Source: an uncultured delta proteobacterium (GTDB lineage: Bacteria; Myxococcota; B64-G9). From it: 64,000 nucleotides of DNA. Each line of letters opens with the position of its first letter. Position 1 is the first letter of the stretch. A model generated the notes under the pieces. That model was not told the origin of the DNA, made no database searches, and saw only the letters and a program-made list of their open reading frames with translations. Positions 59,726-64,000 of this stretch are shown here, one piece after another. A program made the position numbers and the translations under genes. The stretch lies in assembly GCA_963754925.1 (NCBI GenBank), contig CAVWHX010000006.1, forward strand, positions 32,001-96,000, given 5' to 3'.

Positions 59726-60607
59726 TTAGTACCCGAAGCGATTGGGGATGTCGAAGGCGGCGGTAATGGAATAGGTAACGTTGTGCACGGGATCGCCGGT
59801 CAGGTTGAAGAACACACCGGCCGCGATACGTGTTCCGTCGCTCACCGGGCTTTTGAAGGGGCCGATGAAAATCTCCGGCGCGATAAAGACCGTCTCGGCC
59901 GGGGCGCTTGTGGTCAGCGGCGGCAGCGCTCGCGACCCGTCGAGGTAGGTGGTGCTGTTGACCTCGACCTGGGTATAGATTGGATAGTCAAATCGCACGG
60001 GCGTGAGCAAAACGGAGACGAGACCGGTCGCGGCAATCTGTCGGGCGGACCTGCCGTTTACGATAGGCAGCAAACCGGTAATGTTGGCTTCGATGATGAG
60101 GTGGCGCCAGAAGCGCTGACCGGCGTAGATGAATGGCCCAACGAAGTAATCGGCTGCGCTTAAACCGTTCTGCCCCGTAGGAAAGGTCATCATCACTCCG
60201 GCGGAGAGCATGTTGTCGAGCTCGAGCGATCCGGCGACAAGGAACTGGGCAAGCAGCTGAATGTCCTGAAACCCGCTCGGTTGCCCTCCGGTGCCGATTT
60301 GAAAAGGGACGGTGAGGACGAAGCCGAGATGAGCAGTGGCGATCAGACCTACTTCCGCCGAGAGTACATCTCCGCCGCCTTGCTTGCCGTGAAAGTAGCT
60401 ATTGAAGACCTGCACCTGCTGTTCGAGTTGCGGCGGAGCGCCGACAATGGGGAAGGGGAAAAAGAGCTGCTCCCATTTCGTGGGTTCCTCGTCGGCATTG
60501 GCGGCCGCGGGCCACGCAACCATCGGCACTGCCACCACGATGGCAACCAGGCACGCAGCCATACAAGAACCGCATCGACGCAAATTTTGTTGGTTCCCGT
60601 AGTTCAT
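59726..60607 (-). CDS. Hypothetical exported protein, possible outer-membrane beta-barrel
   Basis: Signal peptide ending AANA; SGFQDI and FPTG motifs; alternating beta-strand pattern. Confidence 0.55.
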   Translation of the reverse strand: MNYGNQQNLRRCGSCMAACLVAIVVAVPMVAWPAAANADEEPTKWEQLFFPFPIVGAPPQLEQQVQVFNSYFHGKQGGGDVLSAEVGLIATAHLGFVLTVPFQIGTGGQPSGFQDIQLLAQFLVAGSLELDNMLSAGVMMTFPTGQNGLSAADYFVGPFIYAGQRFWRHLIIEANITGLLPIVNGRSARQIAATGLVSVLLTPVRFDYPIYTQVEVNSTTYLDGSRALPPLTTSAPAETVFIAPEIFIGPFKSPVSDGTRIAAGVFFNLTGDPVHNVTYSITAAFDIPNRFGY

Positions 60608-60792
60608 GTTTTGCCTCTAAGTAATGTCGGAATCGGCGATTGTCAAGGGCGCGAGGTTTCAGACACGCCGCTTTTGCATCAGGCATCCTTAAAGGTTATT
60701 GAACGAAAGCAAAGATGTCGTACTTTTTAATCTTGATGGTATGCGAATTTGACATATTCATACTTACCGATGTTGCATGAGGAGCTACGATA

Positions 60793-61077
60793 ATGCGTGA
60801 TACCAAAAGAAAACGTGTTGAGGCCGCTGGGTGGAGGATCGGGTCGGCGGCAGAATTTCTCAATCTCTCTACCAGTGAAGCCGTATACGTTGAACTCAAG
60901 CTCAGGCTCGCAGCGAACCTTCGGGAAAGAAGGAAAAAGCAGCACCTCAGTCAAGAAGAACTTGCCGAGGTGGTGAAGTCCAGCCAGTCCCGCGTCGCAA
61001 AAATGGAGGCCGGAGATCCTTCTGTCTCGGTGGATTTAATATTGCAGCAAGTTGAAGGAAAATCAATGCTAGACTAG
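60793..61077 (+). CDS. XRE-family HTH antitoxin (HigA-like), possibly C-terminally truncated
   Basis: AAGWRIGSAAEFL...LSQEELA..VKSSQSRVAKMEAGDPSVSVDL. Confidence 0.8.
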   Translation: MRDTKRKRVEAAGWRIGSAAEFLNLSTSEAVYVELKLRLAANLRERRKKQHLSQEELAEVVKSSQSRVAKMEAGDPSVSVDLILQQVEGKSMLD

Positions 61078-61111
61078 CTGCGGCGATATCGAGGAAACTG
61101 CGGCGCTTCGC

Positions 61112-63103
61112 TTACTTTTCTCCCAGCGCCTCCCGCACTTTGAAAGCCAGATCCTTCATCGAGAATGGCTTCTGGATGAAGTTCACACCCTCGTCCAGCA
61201 CACCCCGATCGGCAATCATATTGGCTGTATAGCCGGACATGAACAGAATTTTCATGCTGGGGTAACGGGATTGCATACGTTCCGCCAGGTCCCGGCCGTT
61301 CATCTCCGGCATGACGACGTCGGTGATAAGAAGGTGTATCTCGCTCGCGTGTTCCTCGGCCAACCCAATGGCCCCGCCCGGCGTGCCTGCGGCCAGCACC
61401 CGATACCCTAATTGTTCCAGTATCTTTTTGTCCATCTTCAGGAGCGCGGGCTCGTCCTCCACCACCAGCACGGTCTCGCCGCGGCTGAGAGGGATTTCCG
61501 CAGCTTCTTCCCGCTGGATATCGATGGCCTGGCCCGCGTGCCGGGGCAGGTAGATTCTAAAGGTCGTTCCTTTTCCTGGTTCGCTGTAGACGTTGATGAA
61601 TCCGTTGTTCTGCTTGACGATGCCATACACCATCGATAGCCCCAGGCCGGTTCCCTGGCCCACCCCCTTACTGGTGAAAAACGGTTCGAAAATTTGGTCG
61701 AGGGTCTCCTTGTCCATGCCGCATCCATCGTCGCTGACGGCCAGCAGCACATACTCTCCTACCACAAACCCGGCATGATCAGCGCAGTAGGTCTCGTCAA
61801 AGACTGCGTTTCCCGTTTCGATAGTGATCTTGCCGACGTCGGCAATGGCGTCCCTGGCGTTGACACACAGATTGGCCAGGATCTGATTGACTTGGACGGG
61901 GTCTATCTTGATCGGACACAGGCCTGACTCGGGCAGCCAGGCCAGATTGATGTCCTCACCGATAAGTCGCCGGAGCATCTTGAGCATACTCTCCACGTTC
62001 TGGTTCAGGTCAAGCACCACGGGATTGATGGTCTGCTTGCGGGCAAATGCCAGCAATTGCCGGGTGATTTCCGTGGAACGTATGGCAGCCTTCTGAATTT
62101 CCTCAAGGTCGGTATGCAGAGTCTTATCCGGGTCGACCGTGTTCAGGGCCAGTTCCGTATAACCGAGGATCACGCTGAGCATATTGTTGTAATCGTGGGC
62201 CACGCCGCCCGCCAGCAGGCCCACCGCTTCCATCTTCTGGGCCTGCTGAAACTGGGCCGTCAGTCGGAGATGCTCGCTGATGTCCCGTTTGACGGCCACG
62301 TAGTTGACGATCTGGCCCGAAGTGTTGCGGATCGGCGAAATCGTCGACTCCTCGGTGTAGAGAATCCCATCCTTGCGCTTGTTGACCATACGGCCTTCCC
62401 ACGTTTTGCCGCTGGAGATGGTATCCCAAAGATTGCGGTAAAATTGTTCGTCCTGCGCACCGCTCTTGAGGATGCGCGGATTCTGGCCGATGGCCTCCTC
62501 TCGGCTGTAGCCCGTCGTCCGCCGGAAGGCCGGGTTCACGAACTGGATGATCCCTTGGGCATCGGTCACGACAATGGTCTCTGCGAGCTGCTCGATGGCC
62601 GCCATCATCCGCTTGTGCTCGGCGTCGTCCCGCTTGCGCTCGGTGATGTCACGGATGTTGCACTGGATCACCTTGCTATGGTCCACGAGGTAAACATTGC
62701 TGACAAACTCCACGGCGATGGGCCGCCCATCGTGGGTTTCCAGCGGCAAATCATCGTAACGGATGTATTCGTTATCTTGCAGGGTCTTGAAAGCGTCCTT
62801 GGATGCGGCAATGTCTTTGAATACACCGAGTTCCCAGATATATTGCCCGAATAATGTTTCGTAAGAATAGCCGAGTAACCGCAACAGGAAAGGATTGACA
62901 TCAACCACTTTGCCGGTATCGGCATCAAGAATCAAGATACCGTCCTTGGCCGATTCAAAGAGCCGTCGGTAGCGCTTCTCGGAATCTTGCAGCGCCTCCC
63001 CGGTCCTCTCCTTTTCCAGCAACGTGTCTTCCAGCAGCGCAATTCGCCTATTCAGATCGGCGCCGGCGAGGCGAAGCTGGTTTTCGACATTGGTATCTGA
63101 CAT
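61112..63103 (-). CDS. PAS-PAS hybrid sensor histidine kinase/response regulator
   Basis: Two PAS domains, GGVAHDYNNML H-box, NARDA, GTGLGL, REC ITDVVMP. Confidence 0.95.
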   Translation of the reverse strand: MSDTNVENQLRLAGADLNRRIALLEDTLLEKERTGEALQDSEKRYRRLFESAKDGILILDADTGKVVDVNPFLLRLLGYSYETLFGQYIWELGVFKDIAASKDAFKTLQDNEYIRYDDLPLETHDGRPIAVEFVSNVYLVDHSKVIQCNIRDITERKRDDAEHKRMMAAIEQLAETIVVTDAQGIIQFVNPAFRRTTGYSREEAIGQNPRILKSGAQDEQFYRNLWDTISSGKTWEGRMVNKRKDGILYTEESTISPIRNTSGQIVNYVAVKRDISEHLRLTAQFQQAQKMEAVGLLAGGVAHDYNNMLSVILGYTELALNTVDPDKTLHTDLEEIQKAAIRSTEITRQLLAFARKQTINPVVLDLNQNVESMLKMLRRLIGEDINLAWLPESGLCPIKIDPVQVNQILANLCVNARDAIADVGKITIETGNAVFDETYCADHAGFVVGEYVLLAVSDDGCGMDKETLDQIFEPFFTSKGVGQGTGLGLSMVYGIVKQNNGFINVYSEPGKGTTFRIYLPRHAGQAIDIQREEAAEIPLSRGETVLVVEDEPALLKMDKKILEQLGYRVLAAGTPGGAIGLAEEHASEIHLLITDVVMPEMNGRDLAERMQSRYPSMKILFMSGYTANMIADRGVLDEGVNFIQKPFSMKDLAFKVREALGEK

Positions 63104-63367
63104 AATCGCAACCTCGATAAATTTGTCACCCGGCAAATACGTTATTCTAATAACGATTTATCTGGCGTCTTTGCCATCGACCCCCCCCACTGGCCTCCCC
63201 GATCCCGCTTAACTTATTTGAAATAGAATGTAATCTCTTAGTAAAATTTTCGCAACTTTTCTTCACAACATGCGATCCATCCCTTCGGCATTATTGGATA
63301 CCGTACCGACCCGTCCATGGGGGAAAATTACTTTTTGTAAGTGCACGAACCGAGCAACTACCTTAAT

Positions 63368-64000
63368 TCAGTCCAGAACCAGGTTCGACTGTATCGCCAG
63401 GCGCGTTTTGGTCATCAGTTCCGCCATGCTATCATGACTATACCCATGGGTCTCGATGGGATCGCCGACTACCACCCGTATGCGGCCGGGATTAAAACAA
63501 AGCTTTTCCGGGGAAGCACCTGCCGGCTCCCGTTTACCGTCACCGGAAGAATCGGGTTACTTTTTTCAAGCGCCACGTTGAAAGCGCCCTTTTTGAAATT
63601 CAGCAAACGCCCGTCCGGCGAACGCGTTCCCTCGGCGAAAAACATGATGCTCACCCCGGCGGGAAGGCGTTCGAGCCCCTTGCGAATGCTCTCGCGCGCC
63701 TTCTCGGGATTGCTGCGGTCGATGAAGATGTTCCTCGAAGCATAGAGGGCGTAGCCGAAGAGCGGCGTTTTGAGAAGCTCTTTCTTGATGGTCCAGCGGT
63801 ACTGAATGCCGAGGGAGGTTACCAGGGCGAGAATATCGAACATCGACTGATGGTTCGAGACGATGACATAGGAACAGCCTTTCTTCATTTTCTCTCTTCC
63901 CTGGATGGCGACGCGGGTTCCGGTGACCAGGAGCATCACCCGCGCCCAAATCTTCGAGAGTGAAAAGGCCAGGTTGCCCGTTCTGCTCAGCACTGATGCG
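63368..64000 (-). CDS. plsC: 1-acyl-sn-glycerol-3-phosphate acyltransferase (5' end outside window; one-base frameshift at ~63495)
   Basis: NHQSMFD, FIDR, FAEGTRS, KKGAF; adding one T restores FNPGRIRVVVGDPI...NLVLD*. Confidence 0.88.

Overview
Bacterial chromosomal window, probably from a Myxococcota/Deltaproteobacteria-like organism (PilZ/TIGR02266-type proteins, TIGR02265-like gene, Geobacter-type NuoBCD fusion). Left part: two tandem PilZ-pseudoreceiver genes, an intact IS3-family (IS407-group) element with a 4-bp target duplication, msrBA, thioredoxin, tkt, SpoIID-domain protein, truD, ychF, an nhaR cluster and a metallophosphoesterase. After tRNA-Leu(CAA) there is an accessory stretch. 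It holds a 2562-aa secreted teneurin-like RHS protein with a C-terminal domain I do not recognise and a coupled lipoprotein immunity candidate, a TonB receptor with a NikR-type operator, a USP and a qNOR, the last three separated by copies of a ~160-bp non-coding repeat. A complete nuoA-N operon follows, then acyl-CoA ligase, lgt, HAD-IIA, a PilZ-REC-sigma54 activator, pruA, an orphan two-gene unit, an antitoxin relic, a hybrid kinase and plsC. At least six genes carry single-base frameshifts, most likely assembly errors. Strongest leads: the teneurin-like toxin/immunity pair, a two-copy double-hairpin motif with five compensatory base-pair changes, and the module-delimiting repeat. All calls are by eye; no searches were run.
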